Part shown: piece after piece, positions 29,162 through 40,087 of the stretch
How positions within the stretch are numbered: position 1 is the stretch's first letter
Layout: each line of letters starts with the position of its first letter
Assembly: GCA_029553475.1 (NCBI GenBank)
Contig: JAKPKV010000137.1
Location: 69,976 to 133,975 of the forward strand
Origin: Armatimonadota bacterium
GTDB taxonomy: Bacteria > Armatimonadota > Hebobacteria > CAIYQO01
Direction of reading: 5' to 3'
Length of the DNA stretch: 64,000 bases
The notes under the pieces: model-generated
Databases searched by the model: none
What the model was told of the DNA's origin: nothing
Seen by the model: only the letters and a program-made list of their open reading frames with translations
Position numbers and translations under genes: made by a program

Positions 29162-31045
29162 ATGATGACCACCACCACCGCGCGCATCGAGCGCGTCCTG
29201 TTCGGTAGTGCCTTCCCCCGCTTTTCCGGCGAAGACCCGGCGACGTACTGGGAGAAAGTGGAGCGGCACGTCGAGAAGCTGCGCCACGGCGGCGCCACCC
29301 ACGTGATGGTGAATGACGCCCTCGTCTCCATCCCGCAGGTGATGGACCCGGAAAACAGCTACCTGCGCTTCACCACCTACGGGCATACGCCGGAAAAGTT
29401 CGTCGAATCGAGCTACAGCCGGGGCATCTATCACCCCAGCATCATGGCGGAGAACCGCAAGCTGCTGCGCTGGAACGCCAAGCTGGCGAAGCAGTACGGC
29501 TTCCGCTGCTTCGTGCGCTGCGTGGAGATGACCTTCATGCCGGAGAGTTTCTTCACGCGCTACCCGGCGTTGCGCGGGCCGCGGGTGGACAACCCCGCCT
29601 GCAGCCACACCCCGCTTTTCGCCCTCTGCCCGCTGGTGCCGGAGGTGCAGGACCACTACCGCCAGCTCATCATCAACCTGTTGAACCTGGCCCCGGAGAT
29701 TGACGAGCTGCACATCTTCACCTGCGATTCCGGCGGCGGATTTTGCTACTCGGAGCACCTTTACGCCGGCCCCAACGGCCCGGTGCACTGCCGCCACACC
29801 CCCACCGGCAAACAGGCGCAGACCTTCGTGCGCGTGCTGCTGGAGGCCGGGCGCACGGTGAATCCGGAGTTCCGCGTGGTGATGACCAGCGGGCTGATGC
29901 CGAAGGAGCGCCGCGATTTCCTGGACGGCGCGCCGGAGGGGTCGGCCGCCTCCGTCTTCGGCGCCTTCGCCTGGGGCGGCGGGCTGGAGGATCGCTGGGC
30001 GAACATGGCAGTGGGGCCGGACATCCATCGGCCGGAGGTGCGCGCCGAAGCTCGCGCCTGGCAGGAAGCGGACATGCGGGCGCGCATTGACATGGTCGCG
30101 CGATACGGCGGCATGGCGTATTCCTGCTACAATCCCGATTACTACGGCGGCCCCTCCGACGCGCCCTGCCCCTATCAGACGCACGAAGTGATGATGAAGC
30201 TGCTCGGCTGGGGCGTGCGCAATATCATCGGCGGCTCCTCCGGGTCGAAGTACCACGCGAATACCGCCATCTTCGTGCAGGCGGCGAAAGACGGGATGAT
30301 GGAGACCGATGTCGCCGTGCGCAAGCTGGCGGCCTCCTGGGTGGGCGACGCCCTCGCCGACGAGCTCTGCGCGATCTGGAAGCTGTCCGAGCTGGCCGAC
30401 CGCGAGTGGCCGATGCCGGCGGCGGGCGGACATGCCTTCTACTGCCAGCCGCTCACCATGGCCGGGCCCATGGTGCCGAACGCCGGCCTGCTCGGCGAGG
30501 GCGACCTGGACTACTTCATGACGCCGGTCATCCGCGACCAGCAGACGATGAAGAGCCACCAGGGCGGCGTCTGGCGCATCCTCCACTACCGCGATGCGGT
30601 GAAGCGCTACGTCATCCGCCAGCTCGAGGAGGTGGTGCTGCCCGCCGATGACGCGGCGCTGGCAGCACTGGAGGCGCTGCTGGCGCGCGCCGACCTGACG
30701 GCAGCGCAGCGCGCCTGTCTGGAGGTGCAGCGGCGCGAGATCGGCGTACATCGCTGCTTCATGTCCGGCGTGCGCAACTGGTTCCAGGCGTCCTATCACG
30801 TCTGCGCCGGCTCGCTGCCCTACGACGGCCTGCCGGGCCTGCCGGAGATCATCCAGCGGGAGATTGACGACCGCCAGCGCTGGCACGAGTACGAGGGCGG
30901 CGTCGGCGAGCGTGACGATGCGCGCCAGCGGCTGATGAAAGCCCACAAGGACGATCCCGTGCGGCAAGTGGACCTGCGCGAGTTCCCCTATCACGAATAC
31001 GCGGGATTGCATGGCTGGGAAGGCGCGCACCTGACGGCGGGATAG
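29162..31045 (+). CDS. hypothetical protein (possibly TIM-barrel glycoside-hydrolase-like)
   Basis: 627-aa ORF with protein-like composition and no match I can name. The fold guess is weak. Confidence 0.6.
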   Translation: MMTTTTARIERVLFGSAFPRFSGEDPATYWEKVERHVEKLRHGGATHVMVNDALVSIPQVMDPENSYLRFTTYGHTPEKFVESSYSRGIYHPSIMAENRKLLRWNAKLAKQYGFRCFVRCVEMTFMPESFFTRYPALRGPRVDNPACSHTPLFALCPLVPEVQDHYRQLIINLLNLAPEIDELHIFTCDSGGGFCYSEHLYAGPNGPVHCRHTPTGKQAQTFVRVLLEAGRTVNPEFRVVMTSGLMPKERRDFLDGAPEGSAASVFGAFAWGGGLEDRWANMAVGPDIHRPEVRAEARAWQEADMRARIDMVARYGGMAYSCYNPDYYGGPSDAPCPYQTHEVMMKLLGWGVRNIIGGSSGSKYHANTAIFVQAAKDGMMETDVAVRKLAASWVGDALADELCAIWKLSELADREWPMPAAGGHAFYCQPLTMAGPMVPNAGLLGEGDLDYFMTPVIRDQQTMKSHQGGVWRILHYRDAVKRYVIRQLEEVVLPADDAALAALEALLARADLTAAQRACLEVQRREIGVHRCFMSGVRNWFQASYHVCAGSLPYDGLPGLPEIIQREIDDRQRWHEYEGGVGERDDARQRLMKAHKDDPVRQVDLREFPYHEYAGLHGWEGAHLTAG

Positions 31046-31055
31046 GCGGCCTGCG

Positions 31056-31526
31056 ATGGCGATGCGGCGGATGCTACCGACAGCCGCGGCGACGCGGGCG
31101 CTGGGGGCGGCGCTGGGGCGCAGTGCCGTCCCCGGCGACGTGCTGTGGCTGCACGGCGAGCTGGGCGCGGGGAAGACGGAGATGACCAAGGGCATCGCCG
31201 CCGGGCTGGCGTGCCGCGAGGCGGTGTCGTCGCCGAGTTTCGCGCTCATCCACGAATACCGCACCTGCCGGCTGCCGCTGTATCACGCCGACCTGTACCG
31301 GCTGGAAGACCGGGGCGCGCTCGATCTCGGGCTGGAGGACTACCTGGAGGGTATGGGGGTGACGGTGGTCGAATGGGGCGAGCGCCTGCCGGCGGATTTC
31401 TTCCCCGACGGCGTGGACGCGGCGCTGGCGTTCGCCGACGACGGCGATGCCCGCCGCATCACGCTGACCCCGCGCGGCCCGGCGGGGGCGCGCTGGCTGG
31501 CGCGACTGGAGGAGTATGATGGGTAA
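31056..31526 (+). CDS. tsaE: tRNA t6A37 biosynthesis ATPase TsaE
   Basis: 156 aa. GDVLWLHGELGAGKTEMTKGI Walker A, SPSFALIHEY, HADLYRL. Confidence 0.85.
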   Translation: MAMRRMLPTAAATRALGAALGRSAVPGDVLWLHGELGAGKTEMTKGIAAGLACREAVSSPSFALIHEYRTCRLPLYHADLYRLEDRGALDLGLEDYLEGMGVTVVEWGERLPADFFPDGVDAALAFADDGDARRITLTPRGPAGARWLARLEEYDG

Positions 31527-32673
31527 CGTGATTCCGCATCCGCTGCCGGCCACGCGTCTCACGCCGGCGAGCGAACACGGCTTCTTCGGATACTACGACG
31601 TGCCGGCGTTCAGCGGCGACGGGCGGTTGCACCTGTGCCAGCGCGTGCCGTTCATGGACCGCCTGCCCGCCGGCGATGACGTGGCGACCATCGGCACGGT
31701 GTCGCTGGACGACCGCGCCTTCACCCCCATCACCGAGACGAATGCCTGGAATTTTCAGCAGGGGACGATGCTGCAATGGAGCCCGACGGCGCCGAACGAC
31801 GCCATCCTCTTCAACCGCTTTGCCGATGGGCGCTACGTGGGGGTGATGCGCGATCTCCTCACCGGCGCCGAGCGCGTCCTCGCCATGCCGATCGCGACGG
31901 TGGACCCGCGCGGGCACTACGCGCTGGGCATCAACTTCAGCCGCGTCTTCGACTTCCGCCCCGGCTACGGCTATGCCAATAGCCCCGACCCGTTCCGCGA
32001 GGAAACATCTCCCGCGGCAGACGGGGTGTATCGCATCGAGCTGGAGACGGGGGCGAGCGAGCTGTTTTTTTCCTACGCGGAGCTGTCGCGCCTGCTGCCG
32101 GCCATGCGGGGGCGCAAAATCGTCGTCAATCATATCACCATCAACCCGGACGGCACGCGCTTCCTCATGCTGGTGCGCGATTTCGGCGAGATGACGGCCG
32201 CCCGCTGGGGCACCGCGCTGCTGACGGCCGGCCTGGACGGCGGCGACCTGCGGGTGCACGCCGACAACCACCTGGTGTCACACTATCACTGGCGCGACCC
32301 GCGGACGGTCCTCGCCTACGCCGCGTTGGACAAGGGCGAGGGGCTGTACCTGCTGGACGACGTCACCGGCGAGACGACGGTGCTCGATCGCGGCTTCTTC
32401 ACCTTCGACGGCCACTGCAGCTTCTCGCCGGATCGCCAGTGGCTGCTGTATGACACCTACCCGCGGGAGGGGCGGCGCCACCTCTTCCTGTATGATCTCC
32501 GGCGCGGCATCCCCTACGAGGTGGGCGCCTTCGCCGACCCTTACCCGCCGGACGACATCCGCTGCGACCTGCACCCGCGCTGGGACCGGACGGGGGCGCG
32601 GATCTCCTTCGACGCGGTGCACGAGGGGTTCCGCGGCGTGTATCTGATGGACGTGAGCCCGCTCGTCGGGTAA
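31516..32673 (+). CDS. hypothetical beta-propeller-like protein
   Basis: 385 aa. Start overlaps the tsaE stop (ATGATGGGTAA). Repeated ..DG..L.. strand patterns resemble TolB/oligogalacturonate-lyase-like propellers. The assignment is tentative. Confidence 0.55.
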   Translation: MMGNVIPHPLPATRLTPASEHGFFGYYDVPAFSGDGRLHLCQRVPFMDRLPAGDDVATIGTVSLDDRAFTPITETNAWNFQQGTMLQWSPTAPNDAILFNRFADGRYVGVMRDLLTGAERVLAMPIATVDPRGHYALGINFSRVFDFRPGYGYANSPDPFREETSPAADGVYRIELETGASELFFSYAELSRLLPAMRGRKIVVNHITINPDGTRFLMLVRDFGEMTAARWGTALLTAGLDGGDLRVHADNHLVSHYHWRDPRTVLAYAALDKGEGLYLLDDVTGETTVLDRGFFTFDGHCSFSPDRQWLLYDTYPREGRRHLFLYDLRRGIPYEVGAFADPYPPDDIRCDLHPRWDRTGARISFDAVHEGFRGVYLMDVSPLVG

Positions 32674-32685
32674 GATGGGAAGCCC

Positions 32686-33354
32686 ATGCGCATCCTGACG
32701 ATTGAAACCTGTACCGAGACCAGCACGCTGGGGCTGGCGCGCGACGGCGCGGTGCTGGGGGAGATGGCCTTCCCCAGCCGGCAGGCGCTGGCGCAGCGGC
32801 TGACGGCGCGGCTGGAGTGGCTGCTGGCGGAATGCGGGCTGGCGAAGGGCGACCTCGACGGCATCGCCGTCTCCAGCGGGCCGGGCTCCTTCACCGGCGT
32901 GCGCATCGGCGCGGCGGCGGCGAAGATGCTGGCGTGGGGGCTGCAGGTGCCGCTGGCGGGCGTCTCGGCGCTGGAGGCGCTGGCGTATCCGTTCCGCGCG
33001 CTGCGCGGGCATCTGCTGGTGCCGGTCATCAACGCCCGCCGGCAGCAGGTCTACGCCGCCGGATTCCGTGGGCAGGGGGAGAGCCTCGCGCGCGCCACCC
33101 CCGATCTCGCCCTCGCCGCCGCGCCGTTCGCCGACTGGGTGGCCGATCACGCGGCGGATGGCCCGCCGGTGCTCATCGGGCAGTGGGAGGGGCTGCCCGC
33201 CGCCTTCCTGGACGCCTCCGCCGCCCTCGCCCCCGTGCGCGCGCTGGTCACCCCGGCGGCGCTGGCCGCGCTGGCGGCGGCGCGCTTCGCCCGCGGCGAG
33301 GCGGATGACCCGATGACGATGACGCCGATCTACCTGCGGGGGGCGGCGGATTGA
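32686..33354 (+). CDS. tsaB: tRNA t6A37 biosynthesis protein TsaB
   Basis: 222 aa. MRILTIETCTE.., GPGSFTGVRIG motif. Confidence 0.85.
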   Translation: MRILTIETCTETSTLGLARDGAVLGEMAFPSRQALAQRLTARLEWLLAECGLAKGDLDGIAVSSGPGSFTGVRIGAAAAKMLAWGLQVPLAGVSALEALAYPFRALRGHLLVPVINARRQQVYAAGFRGQGESLARATPDLALAAAPFADWVADHAADGPPVLIGQWEGLPAAFLDASAALAPVRALVTPAALAALAAARFARGEADDPMTMTPIYLRGAAD

Positions 33355-33408
33355 CGCGAAGCCCCCGCTCCCGTCAGCGGGGAGGGCGCCGGGGCATCTG
33401 CGTCACGA

Positions 33409-33806
33409 TAGGGTTCGCGTATCCGTCGTACTCGTGCTCGTACTCGAAACGACTATGTGTAGTGGGCCGTTACGATATACCGTGCTCTGTAGTCCGCGCC
33501 CTCCGCGGCGCGTGTGACCAACATGCGACACCGTGTCCGACAACACCGGCATCGGGCACCAGCCTTCGCTAAAGCTTCGGCTGACAAGCGGTGGAAAACT
33601 GCGTCACCACGCGCCGCGGAGGGCGCTCCACTACCAGTCGCGTGTTTGAAGGCACACGGTACAGCGTGACGACCCGCTACAACTATGCTGTAGCCGAGCA
33701 CGATGATACCGCGCGTCGGTCAATCCGGTGCCTGGCGATCAGACGCGAGGTGAAGAAGCGAAGCCCGTATTCGAGTACGAGTACGATGACGATGACGAGT
33801 ACGACG
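33409..33806. repeat. composite repeat: R2 element split by a nested R3 element (33459-33680)
   Basis: Outer AGGGTTCGCGTATCC-GTCGTACTCGTGCTCGTACTCGAA .. TTCGAGTACGAGTACGATGACGATGACGAGTACGAC. Inner GTAGTGGGCCGTTACG..CGTGCTCTGTAGTCCGCGCCCTCCGCGGCGCGTGT..CGTGACGACCCGCTAC. Confidence 0.85.
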
Positions 33807-33826
33807 GGTTGGGGTGACCCCGGGCC

Positions 33827-34282
33827 ATGACCGATACCATCACCATCCTGCCGATGACGGCGGACCATATCCCGCAAGTGTATGCGCTGGAGCGGGTGTG
33901 CTTCACCGCGCCGTGGGCGCTCTCCGCGTACCTGAGCGAGCTGCGCAACCCGTCGGCGTATTACCTGGTGGCGCTGCGGGATCATCACCTGCTGGGCTAC
34001 GGCGGCATGTGGGTGGTGGAGACGAACGCGCACGTGGTGACGCTGGCGGTGCGGCCGGAGTGCCGCCGCCAGGGATTGGGGCGCAGGCTGATGGCGGAGT
34101 TGCTGGCGGAAGCCCGCCGCCGCGGCGCGGACGAGGTGACGCTGGAGGTGCGCGCCGGCAACGCCCCCGCGCAGGGGCTCTACGCCGCGCTGGGCTTTCA
34201 GGCCGTCGCCCGCCGCCGCGGCTATTACCCCGACAACAACGAGGACGCGCTGGTGATGCGGCTGGACCTGCGCCGCGCGTGA
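33827..34282 (+). CDS. rimI: ribosomal-protein-alanine N-acetyltransferase RimI
   Basis: 151 aa GNAT. ..VCFTAPWALSAYLSEL.., VRPECRRQGLGRRLM, LEVRAGNAPAQGLYAALGF. Confidence 0.85.
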   Translation: MTDTITILPMTADHIPQVYALERVCFTAPWALSAYLSELRNPSAYYLVALRDHHLLGYGGMWVVETNAHVVTLAVRPECRRQGLGRRLMAELLAEARRRGADEVTLEVRAGNAPAQGLYAALGFQAVARRRGYYPDNNEDALVMRLDLRRA

Positions 34283-34287
34283 ACGAC

Positions 34288-34315
34288 GACGCCCGGGGCC
34301 GGTGCCCCGGGCGTC
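34288..34315. terminator. bidirectional hairpin terminator between rimI and pseudopilin operon 1
   Basis: GACGCCCGGGGCC-GG-TGCCCCGGGCGTC. Paralogous hairpins at 37565 and 40371. Confidence 0.6.
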
Positions 34316-34386
34316 GGTTATCGCGATAGGCGGAATCGTTATTCCACTCCGTGCAGCCGTTGCCCGGCAGCGGCGCCGCTGACCGG

Positions 34387-35613
<1,227 letters not shown>

Positions 35614-35668
35614 CGTGACGATCTCCTTTCTCAACACATCATGAAGTGATGATGCTTCGGTCCGGGCA

Positions 35669-36952
35669 TCAGTTGTCGAACAGCACCATGCTCAACGCGC
35701 CCGCGCCGCAATACACCCCGGTTCCGGCCGTGGCGCGGATGCGGACGGTGCCCGGGCCCCGCACGCAGAATCCCGCATAGTACGCATTGAACGTTGATCG
35801 CACGCCGTCAGTCCCGCCGGGCAAGGTGATGGCCGGGGTCACTTTTTTGACGACCCCGCCCGTGTCCGCGACGTCGAAGACCAGCGGGGAGCCGCCGCAC
35901 ACCGGCAGCGCATACAGCGTCACCACGTGCAGCGCGCTGTCGGCGAGGGCGACGTTCACGCTGACGGCACGGCACATATTGCGCGGGTGAGGGCCGCTCG
36001 CGGGATTGTCAGCGGTGAAATAGAGGCCGGCTTTGGAGGACAGACCGTTCGGCCCCTGCGCGACCTGCGTGCGCTGATCAGCAACCGCCATGTTTTCCGG
36101 CATGGCGGTGAAGGGGGCGGTAAACTCCCGCACCGCGGACGAAAAATGGCCTTGATCCAGGGTAAACCGGAACGAGAGGCCGCTGGCCCAGGCGGGGAGC
36201 TGCGTTTTGATGTCCGCCGTGACCGGCGTGCGCCCGGCGGTCTCCCCGGTGTAAATCCAGTAGCCTTGCTCGCCGTAGTTGGAGAGGTCAACGGTGCCCG
36301 CCGCGGTGGTCGGGAACGCGAGTTGGGGACCCACCACCACGTCCCACAGGCGGAGCGGCGCGCGCTTGCCCAGCTCGGGCGGATTGAGATACAGGTCATG
36401 ACGCTTGAGCGCCGCCGTCACATCGTCCTTTTGCAGCGAGATATAGACGGCATGTCCGTCCACGGCGGATACCAGAAATCCCTCGTTATGCCGGGCGTCA
36501 ATGTCTTCATTGCCCCGCACCAGCGTGTAACTGGCGAGTGAATCCTTGTGCCGTTTCAGATCCGCGGTGAGCACGGTCTGCTCCGGATACGTGATGTCGC
36601 CCAACGCCGTGTCGAACAGGAACCAGTTGAATCCGTATTCCGGACGACCGCTGTTGCCCATGCCTTTCGTGCCTGACAACGACGGACAGTCATAGATGTT
36701 CGACTCGTTATAGGCGCCGAGCACCGTCGGCCAGGGTATGTCGCCGGTGTTGACGGGAAAGATCTCGCTGTGATCCTGCACGAACATGCTGACGGCAATG
36801 GCCTGCTGCCGAACGTTGTTCAGGCATTGGGACTGTTGGGCCTTCTCGCGGGCTTTCGCGAAGACCGGGAAGAGGATGGCGGCCAGAATCGCGATGATCG
36901 CGATGACCACCAGGAGTTCAATGAGGGTGAACCCTCGTCTCGCGGAGACCAT
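35669..36952 (-). CDS. prepilin-type H-X9-DG family protein (operon 1, promoter-proximal gene)
   Basis: ATG at 36952 after [55 protein letters not shown]. Confidence 0.88.
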   Translation of the reverse strand: MVSARRGFTLIELLVVIAIIAILAAILFPVFAKAREKAQQSQCLNNVRQQAIAVSMFVQDHSEIFPVNTGDIPWPTVLGAYNESNIYDCPSLSGTKGMGNSGRPEYGFNWFLFDTALGDITYPEQTVLTADLKRHKDSLASYTLVRGNEDIDARHNEGFLVSAVDGHAVYISLQKDDVTAALKRHDLYLNPPELGKRAPLRLWDVVVGPQLAFPTTAAGTVDLSNYGEQGYWIYTGETAGRTPVTADIKTQLPAWASGLSFRFTLDQGHFSSAVREFTAPFTAMPENMAVADQRTQVAQGPNGLSSKAGLYFTADNPASGPHPRNMCRAVSVNVALADSALHVVTLYALPVCGGSPLVFDVADTGGVVKKVTPAITLPGGTDGVRSTFNAYYAGFCVRGPGTVRIRATAGTGVYCGAGALSMVLFDN

Positions 36953-37093
36953 GTCAATAACCTCCTTTGACAAATTGGGTTATGATGCATGGAAATGCAC
37001 GGCAGAACGCCCGGCACCCGTTGACGCCACAGCATGCCCCGGTGCCTCTTTCGGTGCCTCTTTGGCCGGCCACAGGCTCCAGGCTCTCGGCCC

Positions 37094-37118
37094 TTCCGAG
37101 AAGCGCGCATTTTCGGAA
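37094..37118. repeat. recombination-site-like inverted repeat A (9-7-9)
   Basis: TTCCGAGAA-GCGCGCA-TTTTCGGAA. The extended match to site B covers 37093-37124 (29 of 32 positions). Confidence 0.85.
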
Positions 37119-37224
37119 GTTAGTAGGCGTAAATAATCATGATGTATGGCGCTCCGTCACGCGCGGGAGCGCCTCCGCGGGGCGTGGCGGCGCGGCAATA
37201 GTCGCGAAAGTAGAGGGGAACGGG

Positions 37225-37398
37225 CAACAGTTCAGTCCTGTCAGCATGTCGCCGATTGATGGCAAACCTAACCCCCCGCCCCCCTTCCCTGAGAGGGAAG
37301 GGGGAGTGATGGGTGTGCAGCTCCGGTGCTCCCCTCCCCGCTTAGGGGAGAGGTGGGCGGGCAGACGCCACATCACGCTGACAAGACGGAACGGTTAC
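37225..37398. mobile_element. MITE-like 174-bp insertion inside cassette 1
   Basis: Absent from the homologous position of cassette 3. Flanked by a 9-bp direct repeat GGGAACGGG (37216-37224 and 37399-37407). Imperfect terminal inverted repeats CAGTTCAGTCCTGTCAGCATG / CACGCTGACAAGACGGAACGG. Contains an R4-type twin hairpin. Confidence 0.65.
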
Positions 37399-37413
37399 GG
37401 GAACGGGGTGCGC

Positions 37414-37443
37414 TTGACAAAACAGACCCATGATGGGTAGACT
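37414..37443 (+). promoter_or_regulatory. promoter P1 inside cassette 1 (reads rightwards, away from operon 1)
   Basis: TTGACA-18 nt-TAGACT, ending 3 nt before site B. Homologous to P3 on the opposite strand. Confidence 0.6.
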
Positions 37444-37446
37444 AAC

Positions 37447-37471
37447 TTCCGAAAATGCGCGCTTTCCGGAA
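37447..37471. repeat. recombination-site-like inverted repeat B
   Basis: TTCCGAAAA-TGCGCGC-TTTCCGGAA. The spacer is the exact reverse complement of the site A spacer. Confidence 0.85.
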
Positions 37472-37491
37472 CCTTCCCCCGCACCCACTCC

Positions 37492-37563
37492 CGCCGGCGC
37501 GGCGATGACCCCGACAACAACGAAGGCGCGCTGGTGATGCGCCTCGCGTTGCGCCACGCGTGA
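37492..37563 (+). pseudogene. relic of the rimI 3' end
   Basis: Reads RRRGDDPDNNEGALVMRLALRHA*, versus genuine rimI RRRGYYPDNNEDALVMRLDLRRA* (34211-34282), followed by the same type of hairpin. Confidence 0.75.
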
Positions 37564-37564
37564 C

Positions 37565-37592
37565 GACGCCCGAGGCACGTGCCTCGGGCGTC
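37565..37592. terminator. hairpin terminator (paralog of 34288)
   Basis: GACGCCCGAGGCACGTGCCTCGGGCGTC. Confidence 0.6.
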
Positions 37593-37619
37593 GCTGTCTC
37601 GGCAGGCAAACGAGGGGGG

Positions 37620-38717
37620 CTATTCCACCCAGAAGGCCATCATCTCCGTACAGCCGTTGCCCTGGGCGCCGGTGTCGAACGGTTTGACGGGATCCACTTC
37701 GAATTTGACGCCTTTCACATCGTAGAACTCGGTCTCCGCGGCGCGAATGTCCCAGACGATCTTCGCGCCGCTCTCAACCGGCGCGGTGTCGCGCAGATTG
37801 CGCGGGCCGGATTTCGTGCCGAATTCCACCCAGGTGCTCGTGCGGGCGTCCAGCACGTAGACCTGGCAGGGGCCCACGCTGACGGTATCTTTTTCGCCGC
37901 CGCGGATTTTTATATAGTTGACGCGCGCCAGCGTCGGCAGAGAGAATTCGCACCAGAACGAAGAATTTCCGTCCCAGCGGCAGCGCGGGGTGGTGTAGCT
38001 CACGTATTCGATGCCATCCGAGATGTGCTGGATCGGGTTCCACGAGGTCAGCGGCTGGCTGCTCACCTTCGGCACGATCCCTTTCAGCAGGCTGGAGGCC
38101 GCGCTGGTATTGGAGGTGGCGGTCGCCTCGGTCACCGGCGAGTTCGCCGCGCCGCTGGAGGCCAGGGATACTCCCTTCAGCGTCATGCCGTCGGCGACGG
38201 TCTGCGGGCTTTTCACCACGATGTTGTCGGCGTGGCCATCCACCGCCACGAAGTTGAAGCTGTTGTTGTGACGGGGGTCAATATCCGTCGTCTGGCTGAT
38301 GGCGCAGGCGCCGGTGAAGGCGCTTTTCTTCAGGTCGGCGCACAGCACCGCGGAGGTGGGGGACAGCACCTCGCCCATGACTATGGGCGCGTACAGGTTC
38401 TTGTTGAAGCCGTATTCCGGCGCGGTGTTGGTGCCGGTGCCGGTGAACGATGGGCAGTCGTAGATGGTCGGCCCGTTGTACGGCGTCAGGTAGGCGCCCC
38501 AGGCGCTGCCGCCCGGATCGGGGAAGAAGGTCTGGTTGTTGTCCTGCACGTACATCTGCACGGCGACGGCGATTTGCCGCAGGTTGTTCAGGCAGGAGTT
38601 CTGCCGGGCTTTCTCCCGCGCGCGGGCGAACACCGGGAAGAGGATCGCCGCCAGGATGGCAATGATCGCGATCACCACCAGCAGCTCGATTAACGTAAAA
38701 CCGCGTTTCCGCATCAT
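37620..38717 (-). CDS. prepilin-type H-X9-DG family protein with discoidin/galactose-binding-like C-terminal domain (operon 2, distal gene)
   Basis: ATG at 38717 after [57 protein letters not shown]-terminus [32 protein letters not shown].. is paralogous to the next gene. Confidence 0.88.
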   Translation of the reverse strand: MMRKRGFTLIELLVVIAIIAILAAILFPVFARAREKARQNSCLNNLRQIAVAVQMYVQDNNQTFFPDPGGSAWGAYLTPYNGPTIYDCPSFTGTGTNTAPEYGFNKNLYAPIVMGEVLSPTSAVLCADLKKSAFTGACAISQTTDIDPRHNNSFNFVAVDGHADNIVVKSPQTVADGMTLKGVSLASSGAANSPVTEATATSNTSAASSLLKGIVPKVSSQPLTSWNPIQHISDGIEYVSYTTPRCRWDGNSSFWCEFSLPTLARVNYIKIRGGEKDTVSVGPCQVYVLDARTSTWVEFGTKSGPRNLRDTAPVESGAKIVWDIRAAETEFYDVKGVKFEVDPVKPFDTGAQGNGCTEMMAFWVE

Positions 38718-38753
38718 GAGTTCTCTCCTTTTCTCCACTGTCACGCGCATGGC

Positions 38754-39860
38754 TTACAGGACGAAGAAGGCCATCATCTCCGTGCCGCCGTTCCCCTGCA
38801 CATTCGTGTCGTAACCCGCCACCGGGTCCACGACGATCTTGACGCCGGACACGTCATAGTAGTTGGGCGTCATCGCGCGGATGTCCCAGAGCAGCGTGGA
38901 GCCGCTGGTGCCGCTGGGGTTCAGGTTGGTGGCGGCCGTCTTCGCGCCGATGTTCACCCATTCCCCGGTCTCTTTGACCTGCAAGGAGAGCTGGCACGGG
39001 CCGATGGAGATGGTGTCTTTCTCGCCGCCGCGGAATTTCAGATAGTTCACGCGCAGGCCGTACGGCAGCTCCCAGACCACGGTGAAGCTGCTGTCGCGGG
39101 ACCAGCGGCAGCGCGGGGTGGTGTAATTGATATAGTCCACGCCATCCGAGAGGTATTGAATCGGATTCCACGACGCCAGCGGCGCGGGGGTCGGTGTGCC
39201 GACCAGCCCTTTCAGCAGGTTGTTGATGGCCATGGCCTGGCCTATCGCGATGGGCTCCTCCGTGTTAATGATGGCATCCGGGCCGTAGAGCAGGTATTTG
39301 CGCGCGGGGAGCGCCTGCTTGATCGTCTGCCCGGCCAGGTTCTCGGTGGCGACGTGGCCGTCCAGGCAAGCCAGCAGCGCGTTGCCGCCGTGGCGGGGGT
39401 CCATGTGCTCGTATTTGGTGAAGGCGTAGTTGTCTTTGAACTGCGTCTTGGCGAGGTCCGTCGCCACGATGTACGTTTCCGGGGGCGTCAGGTCGCCGAG
39501 GGCGTAGCCGAAGAGCCAGCCATTAAAACCATACTCCGGGGCGGTGTTGGTGCCTTTGCCCTGCAGCGAGGGACAGTCATAAATGCTCGGCTCGTTGTAG
39601 GGGGCGAGATAGGCGGACCAGGGCGACGTCTTCGAATCCGGGAAGAGCATTTCGCCGTGATCCTGGAGATACATGCTGACCGCGATGCCGATCTGCCGCA
39701 GGTTGTTCAGGCACGACGTCTGGTTGGCTTTTTCGCGCGCCTTCGCGAAGACGGGGAAGAGGATGGCGGCTAAAATCGCGATGATCGCGATCACCACCAG
39801 GAGTTCGATGAGGGTGAAGCCCGCGCGGCGGCGGGTCCCTCTGCTCGGCAGCTGAGACAT
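38754..39860 (-). CDS. prepilin-type H-X9-DG family protein with discoidin-like C-terminal domain (operon 2, proximal gene)
   Basis: ATG at 39860 after [77 protein letters not shown].. Confidence 0.88.
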   Translation of the reverse strand: MSQLPSRGTRRRAGFTLIELLVVIAIIAILAAILFPVFAKAREKANQTSCLNNLRQIGIAVSMYLQDHGEMLFPDSKTSPWSAYLAPYNEPSIYDCPSLQGKGTNTAPEYGFNGWLFGYALGDLTPPETYIVATDLAKTQFKDNYAFTKYEHMDPRHGGNALLACLDGHVATENLAGQTIKQALPARKYLLYGPDAIINTEEPIAIGQAMAINNLLKGLVGTPTPAPLASWNPIQYLSDGVDYINYTTPRCRWSRDSSFTVVWELPYGLRVNYLKFRGGEKDTISIGPCQLSLQVKETGEWVNIGAKTAATNLNPSGTSGSTLLWDIRAMTPNYYDVSGVKIVVDPVAGYDTNVQGNGGTEMMAFFVL

Positions 39861-39907
39861 ACCCTACACTCCTTTCAAAAAGAACGTAGTATGGCCAACG
39901 CGATAGG

Positions 39908-39932
39908 TTCCGAAAATCGTATGTTTTCGGAA
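39908..39932. repeat. recombination-site-like inverted repeat C
   Basis: TTCCGAAAA-TCGTATG-TTTTCGGAA. Confidence 0.85.
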
Positions 39933-40053
39933 ACCAGCGGGCGAAAATGTTGCTGCCGGGCGCTCTGTGACGCCTGAATGGGGGGTATTTTGCCTCCGAG
40001 GGCTGCTGTCCGGGGCGCTACCGGGGGCATTGGCGGGCAAAGGCTCCCGATAC

Positions 40054-40083
40054 TTGACAAGAAAGGTCCTTGTCGCATATATT
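40054..40083 (+). promoter_or_regulatory. promoter P2 inside cassette 2
   Basis: TTGACA-18 nt-TATATT, ending 4 nt before site D. Confidence 0.6.
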
Positions 40084-40087
40084 TAAG

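Larger units (their letters stand above)
37094..37471. promoter_or_regulatory. candidate invertible promoter cassette 1 (inverton), promoter pointing away from operon 1 (OFF)
   Basis: Bounded by inverted 25-bp sites A (37094-37118) and B (37447-37471). The interior is the reverse complement of cassette 3, while the outside flanks are collinear with it. Confidence 0.7.

Noticed and set aside
34316-34386. Short relic resembling the conserved C-terminus of the discoidin-type paralogs (reverse strand ..PGNGCTEWNN, compare ..[14 protein letters not shown]) just downstream of the 34387 gene.
   Set aside because: Only about 30 nt of similarity. That is too short to call a pseudogene with confidence without an alignment tool.
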